From Promethearchaeota archaeon (GTDB taxonomy: Archaea; Asgardarchaeota; Heimdallarchaeia; Hodarchaeales; Hodarchaeaceae): a DNA stretch of 64,000 nt. Both the position numbers and the translations under genes were made by a program. This document shows, piece after piece, positions 20,662 through 31,042 of this stretch. Within the stretch, counting starts at the first letter, position 1. Each line of letters begins with the position of its first letter. The stretch lies in contig JBHLMN010000014.1 of NCBI GenBank assembly GCA_048938105.1, positions 1 to 64,000 of the forward strand, written 5' to 3'. The notes beneath the pieces are model-generated. The model did no database searches, had not been told where the DNA came from, and saw only the letters and a program-made list of their open reading frames with translations.

Positions 20662-20811
20662 TAAAATGTCTCCTAATAATATGTCAAGCGAAATGATTTA
20701 AAAGTTTTACTCTAAGTATATTATTATATCCTCTGTAGAAAAATATATAAAGCTAAACATTTCATCTACTTTTGGACGAGAAGTCTAATAATTTTCAGGT
20801 GAGAAAAAGAA

Positions 20812-21048
20812 ATGTTGGAACAAAATCATATAGATATGTTATTTGGTTTGCCTCCCTCCGCTCTGAAGATTTATAGAATTATTGAATCTAAGCGAAAAGT
20901 CAGAGTCTATGAGATTGAGAAAAATACTACTTATTCGTCAAGAACAGTTCGTAATGCTCTTCGAGTTCTACGTAATTCAAATCTAATTACTAGAATTCCC
21001 AACCTACATGATATGCGTTGTCATTATTATACTTCAAAGATGATTTAA
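20812..21048 (+). CDS. Small winged-helix DNA-binding protein
   Basis: LPPSALKIY...SSRTVRNALRVL..NLI..PNLHDMR..YY archaeal wHTH pattern. Confidence 0.8.
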   Translation: MLEQNHIDMLFGLPPSALKIYRIIESKRKVRVYEIEKNTTYSSRTVRNALRVLRNSNLITRIPNLHDMRCHYYTSKMI

Positions 21049-21098
21049 TAAAGCAATTGAGGAGATTCCAATTAAAAAAATATATAGAAAGTGAAAAT

Positions 21099-21353
21099 AT
21101 GGTAACAACGGCGATAGAAACAGTTGATCTCACAAAAATTTTTCCAGGGGGAGTTCAAGCATTAAATTCATTGGATCTTAACACTAAAACAGGGGAATCA
21201 ATTGGTTATTTAAGCCCGAATGGAGCTGGAAAAACCACTACCATCCAAATCCTATTAAACTTACTTCGTCCTTCAAGTGGAGATGTCTTCATTTTTTCGG
21301 AACAAAAAATGAAGAATAATCAAAGGCTTCTTGAAAAAAGGAAAAAATGGTGA
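21099..21353 (+). pseudogene. Truncated ABC transporter ATP-binding gene
   Basis: Only the N-terminal part is present, with a degenerate Walker A (LSPNGAGKTT). No signature motif or Walker B before the stop. Confidence 0.8.
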
Positions 21354-21358
21354 TATAA

Positions 21359-21898
21359 ATGAGTAGTAAAGCAGGCCCAAATTGGGCATTTAGGATCATG
21401 GCATTTATTCATGATAATGCTCTCCGAAGACGATTTTCTGACCCCTACCAAACCCTAGAAAATGCAGGACTCAGATCAGGTCAGAAAGTGTTGGAAGTGG
21501 GATGTGGACCTGGATTTTTCACAATTCCAGCTGCACGAATTGTGACTGAAACAGGAAAAGTGTATGCATTAGACATTCATCCTCTAGCCATTGAAAGAGT
21601 TCAAACAAAGATTTCAACAGAACAAATAACGAATGTTGAACCTATTTTAGCAAGTATCACGAGTACAGGGTTTCCTAAGGAGAGTTTTGATCTTGCTTTT
21701 CTCTTTGGAGTCCCAAGGATAATTCGTAATGATCAATTTTTCAATGAAACCTTGATTGAATTACATCGAATTTTACGCCCAAATGGAATAATATCTATCA
21801 AAACCTCCCAGAAGAATATTATTGAGAAAGTTGAAGAATTTGATTTCACGTATTTAAGAAATAAGGAAGGAATACATCTTTTTTCAAAGGTAAGCTAA
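21359..21898 (+). CDS. Class I SAM-dependent methyltransferase
   Basis: VLEVGCGPG, VYALDI and RILRPNG. Confidence 0.92.
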   Translation: MSSKAGPNWAFRIMAFIHDNALRRRFSDPYQTLENAGLRSGQKVLEVGCGPGFFTIPAARIVTETGKVYALDIHPLAIERVQTKISTEQITNVEPILASITSTGFPKESFDLAFLFGVPRIIRNDQFFNETLIELHRILRPNGIISIKTSQKNIIEKVEEFDFTYLRNKEGIHLFSKVS

Positions 21899-22071
21899 TA
21901 TTTAGATAAGATCCAACGGTTTTGTATGCCCCCAAATAATATATAATATCATTCATGTCTCAAAGCCGCAGAGTCACATATGGTCTTTCATTCCAGTAGC
22001 TCTTTGAAATTCCAGTCTCGTTAGCATAATCGTCATTTTAGAAACTGGTTTTATTAGATAAGGGTCTAAAA

Positions 22072-22965
22072 ATGGTTCTTCTTCCTCCAAAATCTACCCC
22101 CCATTCGTGGTCACTTCTGCACAAGTCATTCTATCAATTTGTTAAGTTAATACTCCCACGATTTATGCGGTTATATTTTGAATTTGAAATTAATGGGATT
22201 GAAAATAGTAAGAGATTTCCTGAAGGAACGGCAGTTATATATTGCTTTAATCACAGATCCCATTTAGATACCTTTATTTTTGCTAGTGCATTAGTTTACC
22301 CGTTTGGAAATCGGACTTCTTGTGGTTTAATGGCAAGTGGAAAAGAAATGGAACAAAAATTCTTTAGCTTCCTCAAATATCTTGGTGCTTTTCCGGTCTA
22401 TTCACAAAATCCCAAACCTGCCCTCGATTATGCTGCTAAACTTCTAAAAGAAAATTTTGCTGTACTCATTGCTCCTCAAGGTAAAAGAATTCCTAGTAAC
22501 CCATTACACGATTATCATCACCTAATTCAAGAGGCAAAATCAGGAGTCGGACGACTAATTCTAAAATTCAATGGGAAGATCCCTGTAGTGCCAATGTACA
22601 TTCATGGCTCTCGTGAAGCACTAAATCATGGAAAAATTATCCCGAAATTCAAATCATTTATTTCTATCTCCTTTTGTAAACCTCTTTTTTTCACTAAATA
22701 TTATCAGAAAGGAGGATGGATTGATTCAGACCCATCTTTTTATACGACGGCCCGCAAGATCAGTAATCAAATTATGGCCAGTATTCGGGACCAAATGATA
22801 ATCCAAGAAAGGAACTTCTTTACAATAATTAAAAGAAAGTTTAAAACTCCATTGGAGAAGTTTAATATTCCTCCTGACTCTAATCCAAAAGCGAATGAAT
22901 TTTTCGCTAAATTATTACATTATCGTCCTGATGAATTAGAAAAATGGATCAAAGCCTCCCCTTAA
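22072..22965 (+). CDS. plsC: 1-acyl-sn-glycerol-3-phosphate acyltransferase family (PlsC/LPLAT)
   Basis: NHRSHLD (HX4D), GAFPV, APQGKR (variant of FPEGTR) and PVVPMYIHG. Confidence 0.85.
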   Translation: MVLLPPKSTPHSWSLLHKSFYQFVKLILPRFMRLYFEFEINGIENSKRFPEGTAVIYCFNHRSHLDTFIFASALVYPFGNRTSCGLMASGKEMEQKFFSFLKYLGAFPVYSQNPKPALDYAAKLLKENFAVLIAPQGKRIPSNPLHDYHHLIQEAKSGVGRLILKFNGKIPVVPMYIHGSREALNHGKIIPKFKSFISISFCKPLFFTKYYQKGGWIDSDPSFYTTARKISNQIMASIRDQMIIQERNFFTIIKRKFKTPLEKFNIPPDSNPKANEFFAKLLHYRPDELEKWIKASP

Positions 22966-23039
22966 AACCTTCAGAAATTGTTTTAGTACCTGTTATATCT
23001 ATCATTAAAATGATAGTTGTGTTCGAGAGGTGCTATTCA

Positions 23040-23507
23040 CTACTTATCTTTTGAAATATGTTGATAGAAACGATAAACTACCACCAAACTAACTATGGTG
23101 CTGGACAAGACGGTGAAAAACCCTAAGATCCATAAATTAAGGATCATGAGAAATACAGCTAGAACTAGGACATTAATAAGAAAAAACATTAAGAAAAATA
23201 CATTTGGAACAAGTTTATTTCCCACTAAATAATGATTCATTACCACTCTTAAAGGAATACTTCTCAATTTTTCATATTTTTCTGCTAGCTGATATTTATT
23301 TCCTTCAACTTGCTTTATTGCATTATTTTCAAGTAATTTTTGTAAATGCCAATGTGTACTACCTACACTACTTATATTAAGATTCCTTTGAATTTCTCGG
23401 ACTCCTAAAGGTCTATTTTCAGTCTTTAAATGTAAAAAAATGGAGGTTATATGGTTGTTAACCAGGATTTCCTCCAGTTTTATTTCGTTCTCTGATATTT
23501 GTTCCAT
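23040..23507 (-). CDS. Membrane-anchored winged-helix regulator
   Basis: PLGVREIQRNLNISS..STHWHLQKL plus two C-terminal TM helices. Confidence 0.8.
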   Translation of the reverse strand: MEQISENEIKLEEILVNNHITSIFLHLKTENRPLGVREIQRNLNISSVGSTHWHLQKLLENNAIKQVEGNKYQLAEKYEKLRSIPLRVVMNHYLVGNKLVPNVFFLMFFLINVLVLAVFLMILNLWILGFFTVLSSTIVSLVVVYRFYQHISKDK

Positions 23508-23540
23508 TTCAGTATACCTCTAAATGATGCAATAAAGGGG

Positions 23541-24065
23541 TTAAAAAAAGCCTAAAAATCGTGTTTTCAAGGGATTATCTCTCGCAGATGGAGTTGTATC
23601 TTCCGAAGCAAAGGCTAATGCTCGAGCTTCAACCCCAACCATATAAGATTTCGAGATAAAACGATCCATTGAAAATAATACTTCTAGTCGGCTACCATTG
23701 ATATTTACTTCTGATTGATAGTTCGTTTCGGTGCCATCTTTCACTTCATTATTATATATATGAGCAACATCATCATTCGGGGTTTTAGCAACGATAAATA
23801 ACTGATATACTGAGGTGAGATTTATTTGGGCAGCAACCTCAAGATATAAGACAACTTTCTTCCCCTGTTGAAACGAGCCATATTCTACGATATCTATGTA
23901 ACTGATATTAACATCATCTGTAATATCAGATAGTTGAAATTCAAACTGATGTTGAGGTATAAAGACCGCAGAAGGATCTATAATATATGCTGATCCAATT
24001 GAAGCTACTACCACAACAACAGTAGCAATTATAGATTTTAAATATGAATTTAATATAACACTCAT
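23541..24065 (-). CDS. Hypothetical exported or membrane-anchored beta-rich protein
   Basis: N-terminal hydrophobic helix followed by a beta-rich domain. Confidence 0.65.
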   Translation of the reverse strand: MSVILNSYLKSIIATVVVVVASIGSAYIIDPSAVFIPQHQFEFQLSDITDDVNISYIDIVEYGSFQQGKKVVLYLEVAAQINLTSVYQLFIVAKTPNDDVAHIYNNEVKDGTETNYQSEVNINGSRLEVLFSMDRFISKSYMVGVEARALAFASEDTTPSARDNPLKTRFLGFF

Positions 24066-24287
24066 TTTGATTACCTTATTGATACAATATTTATTGCGAA
24101 TAATATAAAATTTTCTCTCTTTATAAAACTATGCTCTAAACAAGAGTGTACAGAACCTGAACAGTATTTTCTATCAATGTTCAGGCTCTAAACACCATTT
24201 AGTTAACATTGAAAGGTTATCTTAAGTTCGGAATATGATGTAAGAATTGTATTGTATCAGCCTTATTATTAATATAACAGGCTTAAT

Positions 24288-25901
24288 CTAGAAATCAATT
24301 GCTTTCAAGGCTTCTATTACTGCTAATGTGGCACTTTCTTTATAATTCTCTGTTCCCCAAGTTCCATCTTTATTTTGATTGTTAATGATCCATGGTAAAG
24401 CAAATAATATGCCTAGTTTCGAGGGTAATGAATCATACTTTGCTAAAACCCTTAATTGAAAATAAATGGTTAAACTATTTTGTTCTCCCTCGATAGACAT
24501 AATTGGTTGTTGTAAAGTGTTGTACAGTAGTGCAGCAAAACGCCACAAATGTGCTTCGACCAAACGACTTATACGGTCATTAATCACATGAGACAGGGCA
24601 TTAACTGTGATATATTCACAACCTTGTTGTGGCATAGGCATTCGTAACAAATATTCTGTGTGATTTTCGAGTATTTTTTCTTCTAAACGTAGCATGAAAG
24701 TTTGAGAAAGTATTGAGCTTAATAGACCTAAGTCTACTATTCCCCCTTGTTTAAACTCAATCAAAGTTTGGTTATAATAATCTTCAATTTCAGCAAGTGA
24801 AAGTGATTGTTTTCTTTTCCATGAACTTTTCCCATGTTGATAATGACATTCACACCAATGTCCAAAAGCAAGTGTGTCTAGTGCGACCTGTATTCGCTTA
24901 TGAGACTCATAACCATAGCGTAATAAGGTTTCCATCACAATCCCATTAACCCACATGATTCTTGGCCCACAGGGATTGTAGTAAAGCTCATCGGCTTCAT
25001 AAATTTGATTTATTTCAGATTTGACTCTATTACGAAATCTTGGCCGTGATCCACTTTTCTGCTTTAATCTTTGGTCTATAATCTTGATTTGTTTTTGAAC
25101 TAAGTCTTCTGATAAAAAGAACATCCCAGGATTATGCGGTGATTGTGGTTGTTCCAATAACCAAGAAATTGCTTTTGCTACTTGAGGATGATCACAAGTC
25201 AATCCTAATTCAAATAACTCAATTAAAACTTTAGCTGTAAGAGGTAGTTCGTTTTTCCAGGATCCATTTTCAGACTGTGAACTTAATCTAAGCTGTATTA
25301 GCTCTAATTGTAATTCTTTATCATTTTCATCTTTAATATCCAAAATTTGTCTTGCTTTCCAACCATGGAAAGTAGATTTATCTTTCCAATAATCATTAGG
25401 ATTGATTTTAATGTTTAGGAGTTTTTTTTCTGTTTCTAATTTCTTATATATGTTCTTTGGGTCTCCAAAAGTTTCTATCTGTCTTGTAACAACATAAGAT
25501 GTTTCAATATCTATTATACGAGGAAAATCTGATTCTATCACTTTAATATCAAGTCTTTTAATTGCCACCGCATCAGATCTTTGAATAAAACAAATTGTGG
25601 CTTTTCCAGAAATACCAAGTTTTTGTAATACATATTTAGGTAATTCCACCTTATATCTAGATAATATTGGTAGTTCTACTCCTTCAAATTTTGTTGAGAT
25701 TCTAATCTCGCCATCAGTTGACAATGTTATGGAGTCTTTTTTTGAGACATCAAGAAAATCTATTGCCTTTTTAACCGATACTTTACCTGTTCCATGAATA
25801 GTCTTATAATCTATCATTTGGGGTATTGTTTCTTTGACATGCTGGATTTTCTTACGGAACTTTGTTAAATCTACCATCTTTCCAACCAAGGAATAAACCA
25901 A
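24288..25901 (-). CDS. Protein with tandem AbrB-like N-terminal modules and a prenyltransferase/squalene-cyclase (QW) repeat domain
   Basis: SSQSENGSW, WLLEQ and NNQNKDGTWG; N-terminal KVELPKYVLQKLGI pattern. Confidence 0.6.
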   Translation of the reverse strand: MVYSLVGKMVDLTKFRKKIQHVKETIPQMIDYKTIHGTGKVSVKKAIDFLDVSKKDSITLSTDGEIRISTKFEGVELPILSRYKVELPKYVLQKLGISGKATICFIQRSDAVAIKRLDIKVIESDFPRIIDIETSYVVTRQIETFGDPKNIYKKLETEKKLLNIKINPNDYWKDKSTFHGWKARQILDIKDENDKELQLELIQLRLSSQSENGSWKNELPLTAKVLIELFELGLTCDHPQVAKAISWLLEQPQSPHNPGMFFLSEDLVQKQIKIIDQRLKQKSGSRPRFRNRVKSEINQIYEADELYYNPCGPRIMWVNGIVMETLLRYGYESHKRIQVALDTLAFGHWCECHYQHGKSSWKRKQSLSLAEIEDYYNQTLIEFKQGGIVDLGLLSSILSQTFMLRLEEKILENHTEYLLRMPMPQQGCEYITVNALSHVINDRISRLVEAHLWRFAALLYNTLQQPIMSIEGEQNSLTIYFQLRVLAKYDSLPSKLGILFALPWIINNQNKDGTWGTENYKESATLAVIEALKAIDF

Positions 25902-25999
25902 AAATTATATTAATATTTATAATTTCACCTAATCTTTCATCTAATTGTCATTTTTTACATTTTTATTTTCGTATAATAACAATTCTTTTTCTGGAGGTA

Positions 26000-26701
26000 T
26001 CAACAATGATGATATGATTTATGAATATTCATTATGCATGCTAAATACCCACCAAAGAAACCGTGAATTAGCATCCAAGGTAAACCAAAATAAGCGACTC
26101 CCAGAAACGACCCTGGCCCTGAAAGTCCAGACCCTGCTATATAAAAAATTTCGAGTGCTATACATACTAACAGAAAGTAAACTAAATTCATAATTAACCC
26201 TGTTACTCCCGCAATATATTCTTCACGGATTCCTGTTTGTGCTTTTAGCACCTTAAACGAGACATCTGCAGAAAATCCAACTATTAAACCAATTAAACAC
26301 CATCCAACAACGGCCCAAACGCTTTTTAATACATCAATCTCATAGTAATATTCGACAAAAAATCCAATTGTTGCATAAGGGACGAAAACCAAAACTCCCA
26401 TTCCAAAGGTTTGCCCAGTTTTGTAAATAGCCGAGATTACAATTAAACTTAAGAAGAAAGAAACTGTATAGATGTAAAACATCCCTATTCCCATATATGT
26501 GTCTCCTTCAATCCCGAAACCTAATGTCGCTTGACTTGCATAATAATCCCAAAAAAAGATACAAAGAAAGAATACTATTTGTAAAATCAAACCTAAGGTA
26601 ATCACCCATTTAATTATTAATTTAAATCTCTTTTTCGGATGATTCCGAGATTCTAAACACATTGGAAAACGATAGCCATCCTTACTAGTTGTCACTGGCA
26701 A
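26000..26701 (-). CDS. Hypothetical polytopic membrane protein
   Basis: About 6 Gly-rich TM helices. Confidence 0.75.
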   Translation of the reverse strand: MPVTTSKDGYRFPMCLESRNHPKKRFKLIIKWVITLGLILQIVFFLCIFFWDYYASQATLGFGIEGDTYMGIGMFYIYTVSFFLSLIVISAIYKTGQTFGMGVLVFVPYATIGFFVEYYYEIDVLKSVWAVVGWCLIGLIVGFSADVSFKVLKAQTGIREEYIAGVTGLIMNLVYFLLVCIALEIFYIAGSGLSGPGSFLGVAYFGLPWMLIHGFFGGYLACIMNIHKSYHHC

Positions 26702-26725
26702 ATTTTTTACCCTAACTGACTATTC

Positions 26726-27001
26726 TCATGAATGATTACTTGATTCTTCATTTGAAAACTGTTCATCAAATAGTTTATTTACTTGCCAACATCCTCGATT
26801 ATTATCAGAGCTAAATACGCATAATTTTTCAGGGTTACCCGCATTATAGGCTTTCTTCCCAAAACGCCAACAAAAATGGCATTGCATTTTCCCAATGCTA
26901 AAAAGTAAGCGTTTCTTCTGATTTCTCCCTCGTACTTTCTCACATAATTCTAAAGCAATTTTCTGGGGAATAGTTCGCTTTTTTTGCTTCATAATTTCCA
27001 T
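26726..27001 (-). CDS. Small Cys-rich hypothetical protein
   Basis: C, CxxC, C, C pattern in 91 aa. Confidence 0.65.
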   Translation of the reverse strand: MEIMKQKKRTIPQKIALELCEKVRGRNQKKRLLFSIGKMQCHFCWRFGKKAYNAGNPEKLCVFSSDNNRGCWQVNKLFDEQFSNEESSNHS

Positions 27002-27199
27002 CTCTCGAATTATTTCTAATTAATCTCTTTAATAATTAATAATTAATACGTTTTGATATGTTTAGGTGTAAAGAAGCTTACATAGAATGGTTATTGTCTT
27101 CCTAAAGTTGCACCTGTAGGTTCAAATAAGGGAAAAGTATACAATCAATTCTTAATTAGATAATTATATTTTTGTCTTAGACTTGCATTGGCGTTTTAG

Positions 27200-28114
27200 A
27201 TGGACTCTAAGGATCTTGAAATCATAAAATTGCTCAATTCCAATAGCCGAATGCCTTTTTCATCTTTAGCAAAAAAAGTAAAATTAAGTCTCAATGGGGT
27301 GAAGAAGCGAATTAATAAATTGGAGAAGGAAGGGGTTATCAAGGGGTATTCATGCGAATTAAGCTTTGGAATCCTGGGAGAAGAGTCTGAACTTGCGCGA
27401 ATCACTGTTTCTAGTACAATTGAAAGTGTACAAGACGTCATTAGTACTATTGGTAATCATGAACTCATTTTCACTGTTGGTGTGGGGATTGGTAACAAAA
27501 TTATTGCTGTTTTTACTTATAAAACGAGTTCCGAAGTTGTAGACCTCGAGAATTGGTTAAAATCTATTTCACATGTAGACACGGTTGAACTTTTTCTATT
27601 ATTATCAAGGCCAATTAAAGATACTTCTACCATAGTTCCTGCTGATTATAAAATAATTTCTGAGCTGAGAAATAATGGTAGAATGTCATTAAAAACCCTT
27701 TCAGAGCGAACCCAAATTTCTACGCGAACATTAAAGAAAAGACTGGATAGGTTATCTAATATGGGTTTGATTTACTTCTCAATATTATTATCACCAGGTT
27801 CATCTGAGGAACTAATTATTTTCACGATTTTTTGTACTTTAAGATTAGAAGCCAATAAAATAGATTTCTTTCAGAAAGCAATGAGAATTTTTATCGAGAA
27901 TTTTTGGGTTGGGTGGATTGTTGTTGAAAAGCCAGTTGTTATCTTGAGTTTCTTTGCTCCTAACATTAAAACCATCAGAAATGTTGAAGAAGGGCTAAAA
28001 CAAAGTTTTCCTGAGATTGTTTCTACAGATACAATTACTGGTGGTGAAGGTTTTCATTTTCGTGATTGGCGTGTTGACTATATCATGGAAATGGCAAAGA
28101 AGTATAAAAGATAG
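27200..28114 (+). CDS. Tandem Lrp/AsnC family regulator
   Basis: Two HTH-RAM units (DSKDLEIIKLL..NSRMPFSSLA and DYKIISELRNNGRMSLKTLS). Confidence 0.92.
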   Translation: MDSKDLEIIKLLNSNSRMPFSSLAKKVKLSLNGVKKRINKLEKEGVIKGYSCELSFGILGEESELARITVSSTIESVQDVISTIGNHELIFTVGVGIGNKIIAVFTYKTSSEVVDLENWLKSISHVDTVELFLLLSRPIKDTSTIVPADYKIISELRNNGRMSLKTLSERTQISTRTLKKRLDRLSNMGLIYFSILLSPGSSEELIIFTIFCTLRLEANKIDFFQKAMRIFIENFWVGWIVVEKPVVILSFFAPNIKTIRNVEEGLKQSFPEIVSTDTITGGEGFHFRDWRVDYIMEMAKKYKR

Positions 28115-28172
28115 AAATACATAATTGTAAATTCATCATAAAAGAATCTAATAAAGGGATTCTGTTGTTTAC

Positions 28173-29039
28173 TCAGTTAGCTTCTATTTCAATATCATTC
28201 ACAAAGTGGTTGATTCCTGGCGCTACCGATTTTATAATTCTTTTTCGACTGGAATGTATTTTGAAGTGTGGGAATGATTCTTTCATCACTGTTGTTACTT
28301 GCAATTGCCAATCGCTTGGATGACGAGAACCTGTCAATCCGTGGGCGTGGATGATTCCTCCGTGCTGTTGTTGTAGACTTGCCAATGCTGCAGCAAGCTG
28401 AATGGTATCTAGTGTAAAATATCCCATTATTACTCTGTCCGCCCAGTCTTCTGGTGTTTTTTCCCGATTATCTCCGAGGACTCCTTTGTATCGTTCGTTC
28501 AAATGATTCTCTTGTATATTCTTTTCAAGAAACTTGTACGCATATGGATTAAGTTCGATCCCGATTATTTTTACTGTTGGGTTGTGTACTGCTATTGGAA
28601 CAGATAAGTTTCCAACACAAGCAAACATATCGACAATTTGTTCATTACTTTTAGTGATCTTGATCATTCGTTGGCGTTCTGCATGGTTTCCGTTTGAAAA
28701 TGTTAACTTCAAAGCATCTATCCAGAATTTGCAACCTAGTTCTTTGTGTAGGGTGACGGTATTCCTCTCCCCTGCTAACACTTCATAATTTGGTTGTCTT
28801 GTTGTTGTAGTTGTAATTCCTACTTTGTACGCCACTGTTTTGAGTTCTGGAATGCATTCTAGGTATATTTTCGCTATCTCTTGTTTCCATGGTAATAGTG
28901 GTGATTCCAGATTTAGTACCCCCACTTTTCCCACCCGTTTCCAGCGGCGGGGCAGCAATGAGATTAGATTTAATGGTAAGATCTCTTGCTCTAGGATAAT
29001 TTGTTTGATCTGTTGGAATGGTGTTCGTTTAGGGGTCAA
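28173..29039 (-). CDS. taw2: Met-10+/Trm5/TYW2 family SAM-dependent transferase, most like wyosine aminocarboxypropyltransferase Taw2
   Basis: [26 protein letters not shown] and GDNR...ADRVIMGY. Confidence 0.75.
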   Translation of the reverse strand: MTPKRTPFQQIKQIILEQEILPLNLISLLPRRWKRVGKVGVLNLESPLLPWKQEIAKIYLECIPELKTVAYKVGITTTTTRQPNYEVLAGERNTVTLHKELGCKFWIDALKLTFSNGNHAERQRMIKITKSNEQIVDMFACVGNLSVPIAVHNPTVKIIGIELNPYAYKFLEKNIQENHLNERYKGVLGDNREKTPEDWADRVIMGYFTLDTIQLAAALASLQQQHGGIIHAHGLTGSRHPSDWQLQVTTVMKESFPHFKIHSSRKRIIKSVAPGINHFVNDIEIEAN

Positions 29040-29194
29040 AATTTTCTAAAACCTAAGTCATTGGCTATCTCCCGGATGCATCGTCTGCATATGAACAATC
29101 CATATTTTCGAATAATTGCCCTATGAGTTCCGCATCTCCGACATGTCCGAGTTCCTTTTCCAAATTTCTTTTTTGTTTCCGACAGCTTATGCAT
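29036..29194 (-). CDS. rps14: 30S ribosomal protein S14 (uS14), absent from the ORF track
   Basis: Manual translation [52 protein letters not shown]; follows rpl5. Confidence 0.97.
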   Translation of the reverse strand: MHKLSETKKKFGKGTRTCRRCGTHRAIIRKYGLFICRRCIREIANDLGFRKF

Positions 29195-29196
29195 GC

Positions 29197-29796
29197 TTAT
29201 TCCACTCCTAGATTGAACTCATGCTTAAAAAAGGTAATTCCCTCTTCTTTCGTTATTTTATGATTACTAGGTATTTTTTTCGATCTGTTTCTTCTACGTT
29301 TTGCACGAAATCCTGGTCTTTCTAGGACAATTGTTGTATCGAATCCATGCACCCCAATTTGGGGGTCGTATTTAATATCTGGTAATTTCAAATGTTCATC
29401 TATTCCTAGGGATAGGTTTCCATGTGCGTCAAAATTCTTTTGAGACACCGTATCCTCAATCGCCCATAGTGTTTTTTTTAAGAAATTTTCGGCTAATTCT
29501 CCTCGTAGAGTCGTGAATACAGCTATTGGTTCGTGTTTTCTTATTCCAAATCCTCTGACTGATTCTTTCGCTCTTCCTTCTGCGGGTGTCTGATTTGTAA
29601 GTCGTTTACATAAAGTTCTAGCTCGTTCTAGCTCAGGGCCAGATGTTCCAACAGCAAAATTCACACACACCTTTAAAATTCGTGGTTTTCGCATTGGTCG
29701 TAATTTCCAGTCCTTGACAAACGCTTTTTCTGTTTCAGTAAGCGCTACTGGCTCCCGTTCTTCTTCTTCTGCTAGGGCTTTTTTCCTATAACTCAT
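29197..29796 (-). CDS. rpl5: 50S ribosomal protein L5 (uL5)
   Basis: [19 protein letters not shown] and YDPQIGVHG. Confidence 0.98.
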   Translation of the reverse strand: MSYRKKALAEEEEREPVALTETEKAFVKDWKLRPMRKPRILKVCVNFAVGTSGPELERARTLCKRLTNQTPAEGRAKESVRGFGIRKHEPIAVFTTLRGELAENFLKKTLWAIEDTVSQKNFDAHGNLSLGIDEHLKLPDIKYDPQIGVHGFDTTIVLERPGFRAKRRRNRSKKIPSNHKITKEEGITFFKHEFNLGVE

Positions 29797-30586
29797 CTAT
29801 TTTGGCTCCTGTTTCTGGTGGGATCTCTATTGGAGTTTCTATTGGTATTTCTATCACTGGCTTTTCTCGACCAATTATGAAAATATTTCCTTCCGTTGTC
29901 TTAATTTCTCCTTCTTCTGTCTCTAATGTCACTGTTCGCATTTTTCGCCCGCTTTGTTGTTCTATTTCTTGGATTCTTCCGAACAATCCCGTATTATGAC
30001 CACCCATGATCAATGCTGTACTTCCTGTTGCAAAAGGATAATGATCATCTATCGTTTTATCTTCGAGGTTGAAGAGAATGCTATCTTTTACTGTTAACTG
30101 GTTTACAGGGAATTTTTGTTCTTCTTCTAGATTAATTAGGTGATTTCTACCATCATGAAAATTTATTTGAATTTGTCCCCCTTTCACAGTTCGTTTTCCA
30201 TTAATCCGTAATATCTTTAGATGTGCCTCCTCCTTTGATATTGGGTGCAGCTTAAATTCTCTTTTTCCCCGATATGGGGTTAGTCGAAAATATTCGTTTG
30301 TTTTTGAAATTTCTAAAATATCCATAGGTCCTAGTGCATATTTGTAATTTGTACAAACTTTTCCATCGATTTTAATCAATTTCTTTACTAGAATTCTCTT
30401 TACTTCAGATAATGTTTTGGCATAGCCTAACATCTCTCTCATTATAATTCCTAATGGGATCGATGTTTCTATTTTACTCCGCGTCGGGTAAGGTCTGATT
30501 GTAAAGGTTCCATGCTTTCTTTTTATTGGATACGTGATTGGGGCACTTAATCGTTTTCTATGTCGTGGACTACCTTTCTTACCCAT
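29786..30586 (-). CDS. rps4e: 30S ribosomal protein S4e
   Basis: HRKRLSAP, HDGRN and GGHNTG. Confidence 0.98.
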   Translation of the reverse strand: MGKKGSPRHRKRLSAPITYPIKRKHGTFTIRPYPTRSKIETSIPLGIIMREMLGYAKTLSEVKRILVKKLIKIDGKVCTNYKYALGPMDILEISKTNEYFRLTPYRGKREFKLHPISKEEAHLKILRINGKRTVKGGQIQINFHDGRNHLINLEEEQKFPVNQLTVKDSILFNLEDKTIDDHYPFATGSTALIMGGHNTGLFGRIQEIEQQSGRKMRTVTLETEEGEIKTTEGNIFIIGREKPVIEIPIETPIEIPPETGAKIDEL

Positions 30587-30600
30587 GTATTTCTACTCCA

Positions 30601-31023
30601 TTATTCTTCTTCTTCAGCTATACTAATGTCTTCATCTTCAATTTCTAATTCCATTTTTGCTCGACGTTCAAGAATTTTTTTCCGTGATTGATCTACTTTA
30701 CCAAACCGACGAATAATTACATTTGATGTACTGATTGGGTAAATTATTTTTGATTTATCCGCTTTTTCTCGGGAAATACCATCAATTTCTAATCGCTGGT
30801 TTTTGGTATTGAGTCTGAGAACCTTTCCTTCAGTACCCACAAAATCACCTGTTATAATATAAACCACATCCCCTCGACGAACAGGTGCTTTTTTCACTCT
30901 ATATTTTGCTTGTAATTCTTTGGATAGTCGTGCTGACATCAATTTCGATCGTTGAAATGAATTAGCGGTGTAAATCTGTCGTCTTTGTTTTGATGGACTA
31001 CGAGTTTTTGTTCTTGAACCCAT
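30601..31023 (-). CDS. rpl24: 50S ribosomal protein L24 (uL24)
   Basis: PSKQRR, MSARLSKEL and KOW motif VRRGDVV. Confidence 0.97.
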   Translation of the reverse strand: MGSRTKTRSPSKQRRQIYTANSFQRSKLMSARLSKELQAKYRVKKAPVRRGDVVYIITGDFVGTEGKVLRLNTKNQRLEIDGISREKADKSKIIYPISTSNVIIRRFGKVDQSRKKILERRAKMELEIEDEDISIAEEEE

Positions 31024-31042
31024 TTTTTCTGTTCACCTTTTA

